Shown here: piece after piece, positions 1 through 11,700 of the stretch
Numbering within the stretch: position 1 is the first letter of the stretch
Layout: each line of letters starts with the position of its first letter
NCBI RefSeq assembly: GCF_964204645.1
Contig: NC_134029.1
Span: forward strand, 558,001 to 622,000
Source: Tubulanus polymorphus
Lineage: Eukaryota; Animalia; Nemertea
DNA: 64,000 nucleotides
Reading direction: 5' to 3'
Program-made: the position numbers and the translations under genes
The notes under the pieces: model-generated
Told to the model about the DNA's origin: nothing
The model's database searches: none
Seen by the model: the letters and a program-made list of their open reading frames with translations, nothing else

Positions 1-400
1 GTCCTGATGCTGAATAGAGGATGTACAGGGGTGTCCCGGGTTCGAGAACCAGTAATTACTGATGCTGATTCAGAGTGGTACTGATGCTGGATAGAGGATG
101 TACAGGGGTGTCGCGGGTTCGAACCCAGTAATTACTGACACTGATTCAGAGCAGTCCTGATGCTGAATAGAGGATGTACAGGGGTGTCCCGGGTTCGAAC
201 CCAGTTATTACTGATACTATTCAGAGCAGTCCTGATGCTGAATAGAGGATGTACATGGGGTGTCCCGGGTTCGAACTCAGTAATTACTGATACTGATTCA
301 GAGTGGTACTGATGCTGAATGGAGGATAAACAAGGGTGTCCCGGGTTCGAACTCAATAATTACTGATACTGATTCTGAATGGTCATGATGCTGAATAGAA
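1..400. repeat. ~76-bp tandem repeat, about 5 units (runs off the window start), each with a tRNA B-box-like GGTTCGAACCC
   Basis: CTGATGCTGAATAGAGG recurs at about 4, 81, 157, 232, 309 and 385. Confidence 0.9.
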
Positions 401-1146
401 GATATACAGAGTTATCGATTTATTGATTAAATTGTCGCATCTGTGCACCAGTTATAACAATGCAATTTTACAACCAGATTATTCAAAGTTATTTGTGTGC
501 AGAATATGTCAATGTATATGTAACGCAGTTGAATTTCACTTTGCGTTCAACAATGAATAATTTCATATCTTACAAATGATGAACATATGTCATATATAAG
601 ACTTCATTAGTATCTGTGAGGTTTTCTTTCACGTGTTTAAATTTACCAACCATATGAGCAAAAGATATAGTCAACGCAAACTGTCAGAAACCTGGATCAC
701 TGGTCAATTATGTTGTTGAATAGATACAAACTCTATGATGTGAGACTTCATTACTTACCGTGTATATATCATTTGCCAGTATGCGACAAAACATTGATTG
801 AACTAAACATGAATTCTACTCAGATGCAGATTACCACTCTCTACTTTAACTATACCGGTCTGATGTCATTGAATGAAAGATCTGTTGTCTACCGCACTGC
901 GTTACTGGTCATTCTGTCTATCTTTTTCCTGTTAGGAAGGTCAAGACTATGAACGGAACTACGCTTCCTCCTCAGCTGATCTCGTTTCACACCCAAGTCA
1001 TAGAAGATATTCAATAGACCCGAATCGACTACACCACAGGAATTGAGAGAGTTAGCCCTGACAAATAATGACTAAAAACTAGAAAAATCACCACAATTTA
1101 TTTTGATCAATATGATTAATTTTATTGATCACGTGATCTTCACAAT

Positions 1147-3098
1147 TTAGAACATTGGATGGTCTGTTCCCGTAACACAAGCACCTGTAAAATAGAAACA
1201 AATGAATCTGTAATCGAAAATACAATAGAAATTTATTAGACACCGAATATTGTTTAGTTACTGGCTGTACCTTCAGCTGTGCCCGTAAATCCACTAATAG
1301 CAGCCATTTTTAATTTTATAATTCGTTTATTCGTATCGAATATTACACGGAAATGTCCCATTCTGCTCATTATACCGTATTGACCAGTACTTAATCCATC
1401 TATCATCATTACTGGTGAATAAGGGCGTTCCCTGAATATTTCTCTCGGTTCAGCTGTTTCTATTAAATCAGACAGTGATATCCTCGATAAATGTCTCTGA
1501 TTCTAAAAATAAATACATATGCAATACTTAACCGAACGTGAATAAAGAGGGGCGGAGGAGAGGGGAGGGATGGAGGAGATGGGTGGCGCGGAGGAGAGGG
1601 ATGGAGGAGAGGGATGGATGAGAGGGGAGGAGGAGAGGGGAGGGATGGAGGAGATGGGCGGCGCGGAGGAGAGGGATGGAGGAGAGGGATGGATGAGAGG
1701 GGAGGAGGAGAGGGGAGGGGAAGGGCGGAGGAGAGGGGAGAGAGAGGGGCGGAGGAGAGGGGAGGGATGGAGGAGATGGGTGGCGCGGAGGAGAGGGATG
1801 GAGGAGAGGGATGGATGAGAGGGGAGGAGGAGAGGGGAGGGATGGAGGAGATGGGCGGCGCGGAGGAGAGGGATGGAGGAGAGGGATGGATGAGAGGGGA
1901 GGAGGAGAGGGGAGGGGAAGCGCGGAGGAGAGGGATGGAGGAGAGGGGAGAGAGAGGGATGGATGAGAGGGGAGGAGGAGAGGGGAGGGATGGAGGAGAT
2001 GGGCGGCGCGGAGGAGAGGGATGGAGGAGAGGGATGGAGGAGAGGGGAGGAGGAGAGGGGAGGGGAAGGGCGGAGGAGAGGGATGGAGGAGAGGGGAGAG
2101 AGAGGGATGGATGAGAGGGGAGGAGGAGAGGGGAGGGATGGAGGAGATGGGCGGCGCGGAGGAGAGGGATGGAGGGGAGGGATGGAGGAGATGGATGGCG
2201 CGGAGGAGAGGGATGGAGGAGAGGGATGGATGAGAGGGGAGGAGGAGAGGGGAGGGGAAGGGCGGAGGAGAGGGGAGAGAGAGGGGTGGAGGAGAGGGGA
2301 GGGGAGAAGGGTGGAGGAGAGGGGAGGAGGAGAGGGGAGGAGGAGAGGGGAGGGGAAGGGCGGAGGAGAGGGGAGGGGAGAAGGGCGGAGGAGAGGGGAG
2401 AGAGAGGGGTGGAGGAGAGGGGAGGGGAGAAGGGCGGAGGGGAGGGGAGGGGGTTGAGGCGGCGTAGATATTTATAGCTTTACTTACGAATTTAACTTCG
2501 CCATCGTTGTGAATGATATAATACCAAGCATGGCGAATACCATCGTAGGATGATGGTGGATATACTACTATATAAACTGCATCAACTTGAGGATTTCCCG
2601 TTTCTGAGTTTATATTAAAGCGACCAAAAATAGTCACCTGCCATCTCAATCCGGGTACGCTTTCACCTCGTAAATCATAGAAATAAGTGAAGTCGGTATC
2701 ATTAGATGTGTATAGTATCTGTTTGCCAGATCCGGTTGCACTTTTCACTGAACAGTAACTGTATGGAGCTGTAAATATAATTAAACCACACTGTTATATA
2801 GAAATAAATCTCTCCCAATCCTCTCAACCTTTCCTCATTCCCTCCCTCCTCTCCTCTCCCCCTCTTCACTCTCCTCTCCTCCTGACATATACATGATAAA
2901 AGTTGAACTACTTACTGTTAGCAGGAACCTCCAACTCATACGTCTGCGATGAAGAATGGATCATTAGGAATACGGTCAATAATACTAACAAGCATCTCCT
3001 ATTGTAATATTAGAATAATAATAATAATAATCATGTTCAATTTGAAATGTTATCATTATTTAATCTATATCCATCACTTACCCGACAAGGAACGACAT
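1147..3098 (-). CDS. Secreted protein with a divergent von Willebrand D (VWD)-like domain; 3' end ambiguous, possibly frameshifted
   Basis: Phase-compatible GT-AG exons 3082-3098, 2916-2998, 2488-2768, 1271-1502, 1147-1184 give MSFLVGRCLLVLLTVFLMIHSSSQ (signal peptide)...YSYCSV...FRVIFDTNKRIIKLKMAAISGFTGTAEGAC. The VWD call rests only on motif resemblance (N-terminal Cys, C-terminal G-x-T-x-G-x-C). Confidence 0.65.
1549..2460. repeat. Purine-rich (GGAGAGGG/GGATGGA) satellite inside an intron
   Basis: About 900 bp, almost entirely G/A, lying between a minus-strand donor (GTAAGT at 2487) and acceptor (1503). Confidence 0.95.
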
Positions 3099-3282
3099 GT
3101 TTGTAATCTCGATCTACAATCATTTGAATTGTCTGAAAGTTATTTACTTATTTATACATTCATGAATTCAATGCTTCCAGCTGTTACCCGAGAGAGTGTT
3201 GTCATCATTGACGCGATATAATATTGTTTATTTACTGTAAATAATTATTGCATCCTGATTAACGAATAATAACAGTATGACA

Positions 3283-3326
<44 letters not shown>

Positions 3327-3363
3327 TGTTAATAGTAACAGGTTTGATCATCGATGAACATTG

Positions 3364-3618
3364 TTATATCACGTGATACATGACATTAAGGACAATTTCG
3401 ATACAAAACGGTGAAAACTGTTCTCGTTCTTAGAAATTCCAAAGAATAAAGTGTTTTCCTAGCAATTTAATTGAAATTCTTAATATACAAACTGTTAGAC
3501 ACAGGATATAAATATTGACTCGCCCTTACCACCCGTCGGCTAGGGATCAGTTATTGGTCGCCGATCTTACTGTCAACCTGCAGCCGTATTCATTAAACCT
3601 TACTAACTATAGTTTCTT
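3364..3618 (+). repeat. Left copy of the ~255-bp direct repeat flanking the LINE
   Basis: Near-identical to 6717-6986 (TTATATCACGTG...ACTATAGTTTCTT). Confidence 0.95.
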
Positions 3619-3970
3619 ATGTGGGGGAGGGGGGGGGGGGGGTTGAGGCGGCTATTGCAACAACGGATCAGCGGGATCGATTCGATCTGTGAAATAATTA
3701 TTAACAGTAAATAAACAATAAGATCAAGCATCAATAGTTGCGCTGATACCGGTGACAACAGCTGCAATTCGACCAATACATATCATATGGTTTATGTTTG
3801 GATCCCGGGTTCGAGCACAACATCACAGCGGTATTAGTTCCCAGAAAATATTCCTCAAATTATTTAAAAAATTCGAAATAGCACCAAAAACGGTACCGTA
3901 ACTATAGCCCCAATGCTAAGGGGGGGTCCCCAACTCTAACCCTAAAGGCTGGCTTATGTCGACAAGCAAC

Positions 3971-4130
3971 GCGACGCCTACTGACTCCTACCGACTCCTA
4001 CCGACTCCTACCGACTCCTACCGACGCCTACCGACTCCTACCGACGCCTACCGACTCCTACCGACTCCTACCGACGCCTACCGACTCCTACCGACTCCTA
4101 CCGACTCCTACCGACGCCTACCGACTCCTA
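3971..4130. repeat. 10-bp minisatellite (CCGACTCCTA)n abutting the LINE 5' truncation
   Basis: About 15 copies; source of the PTPTDSYR translation. Confidence 0.95.
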
Positions 4131-6720
4131 TCGTTCGTCCGACACGCATTACCCGCGACACGGCTACGCTCATTGACAACGTATACGTTGATAGTAATAT
4201 GAAAGGAGGTGTGAGTTCTGCCATCCTACTGGCTGATTTGTCAGATCATCTTCCGTGTTTAGTTAGCATCAATACGGGTGCATCAACTAATTTTAAAGAT
4301 AAACATAACGTAAAAAGTAGAAAATTGGACAATAAAAATGTGTATTATATAAAACGTGCCCTATTTGCAACTGATTGGTCAGTCTTAGACCAGCTGGATG
4401 TCAATAGTAGTTACAATTATTTCCATAAGAAATTATCTGATATCATAGATTATTATGCACCGATCATCTCACTACCTACACGCAATAAAAGTATAATAGA
4501 GCCTTGGATGACACGAGGCCTCATCAACTGCTCCCGCAGATGTAATAAGTTGTATAAAAGTATTATCGGACTTGATAAAAACCACCCGAACTACGTTGAA
4601 TATAAAAAATATCGTAACGACTATAATTCTGCTAAAAGAGCAGCAAAGGAAAGATTCTACAGTGAAAAATTAACTAATTTTAGAAATAACGGTAGAAAAC
4701 TTTGGTCCACTATGAAAGATCTTCTCGGAAAAACAAATAATAAAGATTGCATTCCTGATATCTTTAATATATTGGTAAATTAAGTAATAACAAGCAAGAC
4801 ATTAGTAATGGTTTTTGTAAATTCTTCAGTTCTGTACGTCATGAGTTATCAAAAAAACTTCCAAAACCAAGAACAGATTTCAAAGATTATATGCCTGATA
4901 TGTATAGCAGTAACTTGTTTTTATTTCCGACGGATGAAAGTGAAGTTGAAAAAATAATTTCTAATTTTGATCCCAAACCGTCCGCGGGTCACGATAATAT
5001 TAGTAGTATTCTTTTAAAGCACATCGGTAACATAATTGCAAAACCTCTTGTTACAATTTTTAATAAATCAATAGAAACTGGAATCTTCCCGGATGCATTT
5101 AAAATAGCCAGTGTTACACCTATCTATAAAAGAGACGATAAAAGGAGCTTTAAAAACTATCGACCGATATCACTATTGCCAACCATCTCTAAAATTCTTG
5201 AAAAGATAATACACAAGCGATTATATGGCTATTTGGTTAAGTACTCTATCTTATATAAAAGTCAATATGGTTTCAGAACTGGCCATGCTACCAGCCATGC
5301 TAGCATGGAACTAATAGGAAATATAATAAAATCATTTGAATCTAACTGTTTTACACTAGCCGCATTTATTGATTTGAGTAAAGCATTCGATTGCCTAAAT
5401 ATTGAATATCTAATTCATAAATTATATGTATATGGTATAAGAGGAAATGTTTTGTCATGGTTTAAAAGTTACCTAGAAAAGCGCTCAATGTATGTTAACT
5501 TCTCCAGTATTCAATCTGAAATATCACACATTAACTACGGTATACCTCAAGGTTCCGTATTAGGACCATTACTGTTTTAGTATACATTAACGATATGCAC
5601 ATGTGTCTGAAAAAATGTAAACCTATCTTATTCGCCGACGACACGACCGTATATATTAGTGGAAGCTCAATTGATTATCTGATACAAACCATTGAAAATG
5701 ACTTGAATATACTACAAGATTGGTTTACTGCTAATAATTTAACTGTTAACATTTCTAAAACAAAAGTAATTCTTTTTAAACCAAATAGAATTAAAAATAT
5801 TAAGAATCAAGATTATACGATAAAAGTAGACAACAAGGAACTTAATTTAGTATCATCAACATGCTTCCTTGGATTACATTTAGACGAGTTTCTTGATTTC
5901 AATTTACACATTAGTAAAATCTGCACCAAAATAGCTAGTCAAATTTATTTAATTAACTCTGTTAAACATTTAGTACCTACATATTGTTTAAGACAACTTT
6001 ATTTCAGTTATATCCATTGCCATTTTACGTACTCACTGATCTCATGGGGCCCTCTTATCTTAAAAAAAACCTGTCCAGATTAGAAAAATTACAGAAAAAA
6101 GCCGTTCGAATTATTTCTAAATCAGCATACAATAGCCCCACAGATCCAATCTTTCGCAAATTAAAAATTCTAAAATTCCAAGATATGATCCAGTTAGAAA
6201 TACTTAGACACGCATATCAGCTTATCAACAATGAACTACCAGCACCGATCATAGACTTATTTCAAAAGAATTCGGTATATCATCAGTACAATACTCGTCA
6301 GCACAATCATCCCCGAAACGCTCACCATAAGAAAAGCATTTATAATAAAGTTTCCTCAATTTAATTCCAATAATGTGGCAAAACTCCAATAACAACCTTA
6401 AATCAAAAAAAATCACTAAATTCCCTCAAACAATCATTTAAAAGCAATGAACTCTTAAAATACTGAATTTCAAACAATCATTTATCTGAGCCATGTTTAC
6501 TGTACTGGTATGTTGTGTGTGAATCTGTGAATGTCTGCATGCTTGTGAAGAATGATTGTGTGTACAGTGGGTGCCCAGATCTACAAGCATTTGCTTCACT
6601 GGGTTCCTTCATTTGATATTGGCACATTTTATACTTATTTATATTTATGTATGGATATCATGTTATAAATTGTTTCAATTTCTTTGAAAAATAAAGATTA
6701 TTATTGTTTATTATTATTAT
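4131..6720 (+). mobile_element. 5'-truncated, inactivated non-LTR retrotransposon (CR1/L2 group) ORF2 plus 3' UTR
   Basis: End of APE endonuclease (PTRIT..TLIDN, SDHLP), RT motifs (NYRPISLL, QYGFR, FIDLSKAFD, GIPQGSVLGPLLF, FADDT), LQKKAVRII C-terminal region. Breaks at ~4783, 5580, ~6070 and ~6360. Ends in AATAAA followed by (TTA)n. Confidence 0.93.
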
Positions 6721-6986
6721 ATCACGTGGTACATGACATTAAGGACAATTTCGATACAAAACGGTGAAAACTGTTCTCGTTCTTAGAAATTCCAAAGAAT
6801 AAAGTGTTTTCCTAGCAATTTAATTGAAATTCTTAATATACAAACTGTTAGACACAGGATCGCTGTGTCCTATAGATAGATATTGACTCGCCCTTACCAC
6901 CTGTCGGCTAGGGATCAGTTATTGGTCGCCGATCTTACTGTCAACCTGCAGCCGTATTCATTAAAACTTACTAACTATAGTTTCTT
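6717..6986 (+). repeat. Right copy of the ~255-bp direct repeat, with a 15-nt insertion
   Basis: Begins directly at the LINE (TTA)n tail and matches 3364-3618. Confidence 0.95.
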
Positions 6987-7034
6987 GCTCTAAATTAACA
7001 ACCCACTAAGTTAGAAAACATTTGTGAATATGGC

Positions 7035-7051
7035 TACTGAGCGCTCTCACG

Positions 7052-7101
<50 letters not shown>

Positions 7102-7120
7102 GCTGCTGAGCGCTCTCACG

Positions 7121-7194
<74 letters not shown>

Positions 7195-7220
7195 GCTGCT
7201 GAGCGCTCTCACGACTGCTC
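7035..7220. repeat. Compound repeat: 3x CTGAGCGCTCTCACGA separated by (CTG)n tracts
   Basis: Direct inspection. Confidence 0.95.
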
Positions 7221-8795
7221 AGACCATGAACACTGAAACGAGATTTTCAAATTTTCAAAACTCAAATTATATACTATTTTGCTATAGAACATTTCATCTT
7301 CGGTTGATTTATTGTGGGATTTCTCTCGTATGGTCTCAAGTTGCTGGATTAGCTATGGAGCAAATCTGGACTTAGGACAAGAAATATCCAAACAAATAGG
7401 CAAGCAACTTCATATGCTGTTTATATATATGAGTGGGCGGTGGTTGTGGTTTATACTGAGACACTCGAGGTTATGTATCGTATATCGTGTTTCTGTTTAT
7501 TCACCGTCAGATTGTTCAAACTTATCGCCGAACATCTGTCCGGTTAGACCCAGTACAGTAAGCGCCAGGGCCCAATCACACTCATCGTGCTGTAAAACAG
7601 TTTACAATACCATCGAATTAGAGATTATAGAGAATTTAGCGAAACAGGTAAGAAAATGAATTTAAGACATAAAATTAATTATTAATCTACGTCTTTAAAG
7701 TAAAGAAATTGATAATCGATCAATAAAAGGTTTTAAACATTTTAAGTGGCACCTATTGGTTCATTGAAAAGTGAAATTACGCTCAGTTCGACAGTTTTTG
7801 TTCGATCAAACTTGAATCACAACTGTTGAAACTGTAGAAAATGTGAACTGTTAAAACTGTGTCGAGTCAAGTTACGTTAAGTTATTTCTAACATGATTGA
7901 ATCTATATGAAGGTTATTCGGTACTAATCGAGAGTTTTAACAAATAGACTGAGTGTGTATTTTGACAGATGTAACAAACTGAAACAGTTCGTCCTCGCGC
8001 AAAAACGTGTCTGTCATAAAAACACCGAATTCCGTTCAAATGAAATCCGAGCGAATATTTCCAATCAGTTTCTTTTTTGAGATCGATTCTTCTATCGTTT
8101 TTAATTATGAGAAACCACGTTGTTATTTTTAGCTGTAGTGATGAATCCCCTACTGCCAGAGTAGGCTCCACCAGAGAACCGCCGAGAACAGAAAGAAAGA
8201 ACGAACACTGCATTCGAGAAGCTTTTGATTGTGTTTTTGTTGGTGGTGTCTATATGAGTGATAAATCTTATATCCAGAACCGGGTTAAATGTTCAATTCT
8301 ATGATTGTGAATAACAATTGATTCAATTCACGTTTCAAATGATGACATGTCGTATTCGAATAAACGATCATTCGAATGACGGATTGTCTTTAATGATCGA
8401 AAGTCGCTAACTGCCCTGTCAGCGCTGTGTGGTCGTTTGAGTTGTTATTCGTTCTCAAGAAATGGTGCACGGCTTATAATCGTGACTTGAAGGTAAAAAA
8501 ATTATCATTTTACTCATCTAGATACGAAATTAATTACATTCTCATCATGTTTTCGATGAGGAATAATAGACGTTGATTTCGGACGATCGGAGTATAATTA
8601 GATTAAATTTTGAAACCCTCAACAAATCCTTAAAATCGTTGGATTGTCATGAGCTTTTGTGATCGTATGAAACATTTTTTCAATATGCGTGTTTTACAAA
8701 TCTAAATAGCTATTCCTAATCTATATCTGGTGATGAGTTGTCTTTTTATGGAAAAACCACCATTTTTCATTTGCAGATGAAGCATAACTAAAACT

Positions 8796-11700
8796 ATGAA
8801 TCACTATCATCAGAAAGAAGCGACGATGTTCTATTTGGTTATAACGTTATTGCTGATTCCGTCAGTAAATCCAGGTAAATTCAATCTTATCTAATCGTGC
8901 TATAACAATGATTACTGTGGGTGTTTCGGTACATTCATTCAGACCTCACATCAAGGATCGACGTATATTTCTAGTTTGTTTATATCGTGGTGAATCCTGG
9001 GTTTATGAAACGGAGAATTTTCTCGGAATAGTGAAACATCTCCAGCACCAATCCTCAGTTCCCTGTAACAGTTCGCAGCCTACACACTTTACACTCATTT
9101 GTATAACTTATTTTTTTTTGTCGTTTTAAAAACACGACGCAGGTGTTCCGCACGTTATAAACTACTAGGTCTGAGTTTATACTGCTTCTCGCTTTCCTTC
9201 TTGCTCTAGTTATACATTTTATTCATTCGTCAAAAAGTCATTTTATTTCCCACCTACCACTGTCGCTTACCTTTTAAACTTTCTATAACTGTTTCGAATT
9301 TGCCCTAATTCCATAAAATGAACGTGTGAATTTCAAATATTTACAGGAATTAACGCGTGTGAACGCTTGACTGGTGTCTGAATGTTTGTTCGGCTTAAAC
9401 AAACTTTTGGTGTCTATTTCGGATCGCAAATTGAGAATTTTCCAATCATAAATCATATATAAACCTCTATCTCATCTCCGCGGGTCCAGCAGCCGTGATT
9501 AACTCGTCAGAGACCATATAAATCCATAAAGATAAATGTAATGCTCATTTCAGCGTGTACCGACACAACTTCAAATTGTCAATTTTGGGCCGACAGCGGA
9601 GAATGTGATAAAAATCCGGCGTGGATGGTTGAAAATTGTCCAGTAGCTTGCAAGTCGTCTTGTAAATGCCCAGGTATTTTTGGGTATGAAAGTTGATAGT
9701 TTCAAAGATCGTAATAAATACGTAATTGAATTGAATTCTGTAGGTTATAAAGTTGAAAATATCGAAGTGAATGAACTCAGTTTCGTATTCTATTTCAGCT
9801 CATTCCTATTCGGGAAGTAACCAGGATACACGTTGCGCTTGTCAATCTTACGCCCAGGATGAATATTGTGAGGAAAAGTACCCGGATTGGATGGATAAAA
9901 ACTGTCAGTCAGCATGCGCTTATAGAAATAGTACGTTTGATTTGATCTTAGACCTAGTTCTACACTTCCGTGGGTTCGATCTACCTTGAACTCAAGTCCA
10001 TAGTTGAGTGGGTTTGTTATGACTCTGGCCCCAGTTCCACAGTTTTGCACGGGTTTAATCTCACTTTAGATTTCAAGTTCCGTGAACTATATTTTAAGTA
10101 TCTTTTTGGAATTTCAGATATAAACTGTGGTGACCCGCCTGTTATACGTTACGCCGTCGTTACTAATCTTGGGAACAGCAGATGGTTGGCTAAGGCGACG
10201 TACGCATGCGCCCCCTACGCGTCAACAGATCAAGACCAATCAGTAGATAATGGCTTACGAATTTGTTCGCGAGTACCGAATTCAGGAGTCTGGGTCAGTG
10301 ATGCTGACGATCCTATCTGCGTTTGTAAGTACGATATATAATTCTACATGAAAATCACAAGACACGACGTCCTGTTGACTATTTATATAAAAATCCCACA
10401 ATATAAAAATTCAACTACTAAAATCTGTTTTTCTGATGTTTCGATAAAATTCTCCTTTTAATCTTCAGATATCTATTCAAATATGACTCACTCTAGAAAC
10501 TATCGTCGCAAAAGATTTCATCTTAAATCTTTGAAACTTGTACATAGTGGGATTTGATTTCATGATCTATTCGTCCGAGTACGGGCTATTTTACTACTTA
10601 CAAATGGTTTTTTACGCCTTTCAAGCAGTTTAATCAAACAGATATTGTCTATGTTTTCGACAGTAAAGAATTGTACGGGTTCGCCTACTGACGAGGCGTT
10701 TTCTACGTGGAACGCAACGCCCCCTAGACAAGCCGATAATACTTATATATACGATACACTGATAACCTATACATGTAAAACGGGTTATGAGGTGAAATCT
10801 GGAGATACAACTCGTAAATGTTTCGCCAATACAACATTTACCGGTTTCTCAGACTGGACACCGATCGTCTGCGGAAGTAAGTTCAGTTATTCTACATCGG
10901 TTTGAGGTCCTTCTCTAACGCTCAATATTGTAACCTACGGCCATCGAAAATAATCATGTAATTCTATTGTAAATTTGCTTTCTAATCCGATAACTATATT
11001 GTTCAAACGAGTGAAATAAGTTAAGCTTGCAGTTTTAATTTGTAATAACGCATTCATTGCTAACGCAGAGGTATCGTGCGGGAATCCAGCAACACCTATC
11101 GACGGTTCTGTAAACTATAAGTCAACGCTCTACGATGATAAGGCTACGTTTTCCTGCATTTCCGGTTACGAAGTGATCGGCCCGAGCTTCGCGATTTGCC
11201 AAGCGAACAAAATGTGGAGCAGCAATACGACATGCAAAAGTACGTGCGACCCTTATGAAGTGTATTTTACCGTTTTCTGATTAGCTGAAGTTAATTTATG
11301 CAAAACCCGATAATTCTATCCAGGAAAGGACTGCGGAAATTTGAATGTTACCGATGGCAACGTGTCGTATGCCAATGACACGTCATTCGGATCATATGCA
11401 CACGTTGTCTGCGACCGTGGTCACGTGGTCCGCGATGATTCGACCAGCCGTTGTTTGGAGACTGGACAATGGTCAGTGAGGCCTTATTGTCAACGTAAGT
11501 TAAAACATAAGTGTTGAGTGACCGTGTTAAAAAAAAGGTTTCAGAACAGTAAAACTGGTAGCAGTGTGAAGGGTAGAAATCACGAGTTATTTATGTAAAG
11601 AGCAGCTTCGTCAGGTTGAACCGTAAATTCTTTGATTTATTACAGGTAAATCTTGAACCAGATGAAGCTGTTTTATGCGCTAGTAACAAAAACTTTTAAT

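Noticed and set aside
1528-2477. Pro/Ser-rich 406-aa ORF and Gly/Glu/Arg-rich plus-strand ORFs
   Set aside because: Translations of the purine satellite. The real exon ends at the GTAAGT donor at 2487 and splices in frame to 1502.
3956-6364. Active or domesticated reverse transcriptase gene
   Set aside because: 5'-truncated, with several stops and frameshifts; the N-terminus of the ORF is a minisatellite.
7006-7375. Poly-Ala/poly-Cys ORFs and repeat-spacer pattern
   Set aside because: (CTG)n microsatellite with a duplicated 16-mer; no coding or array evidence.
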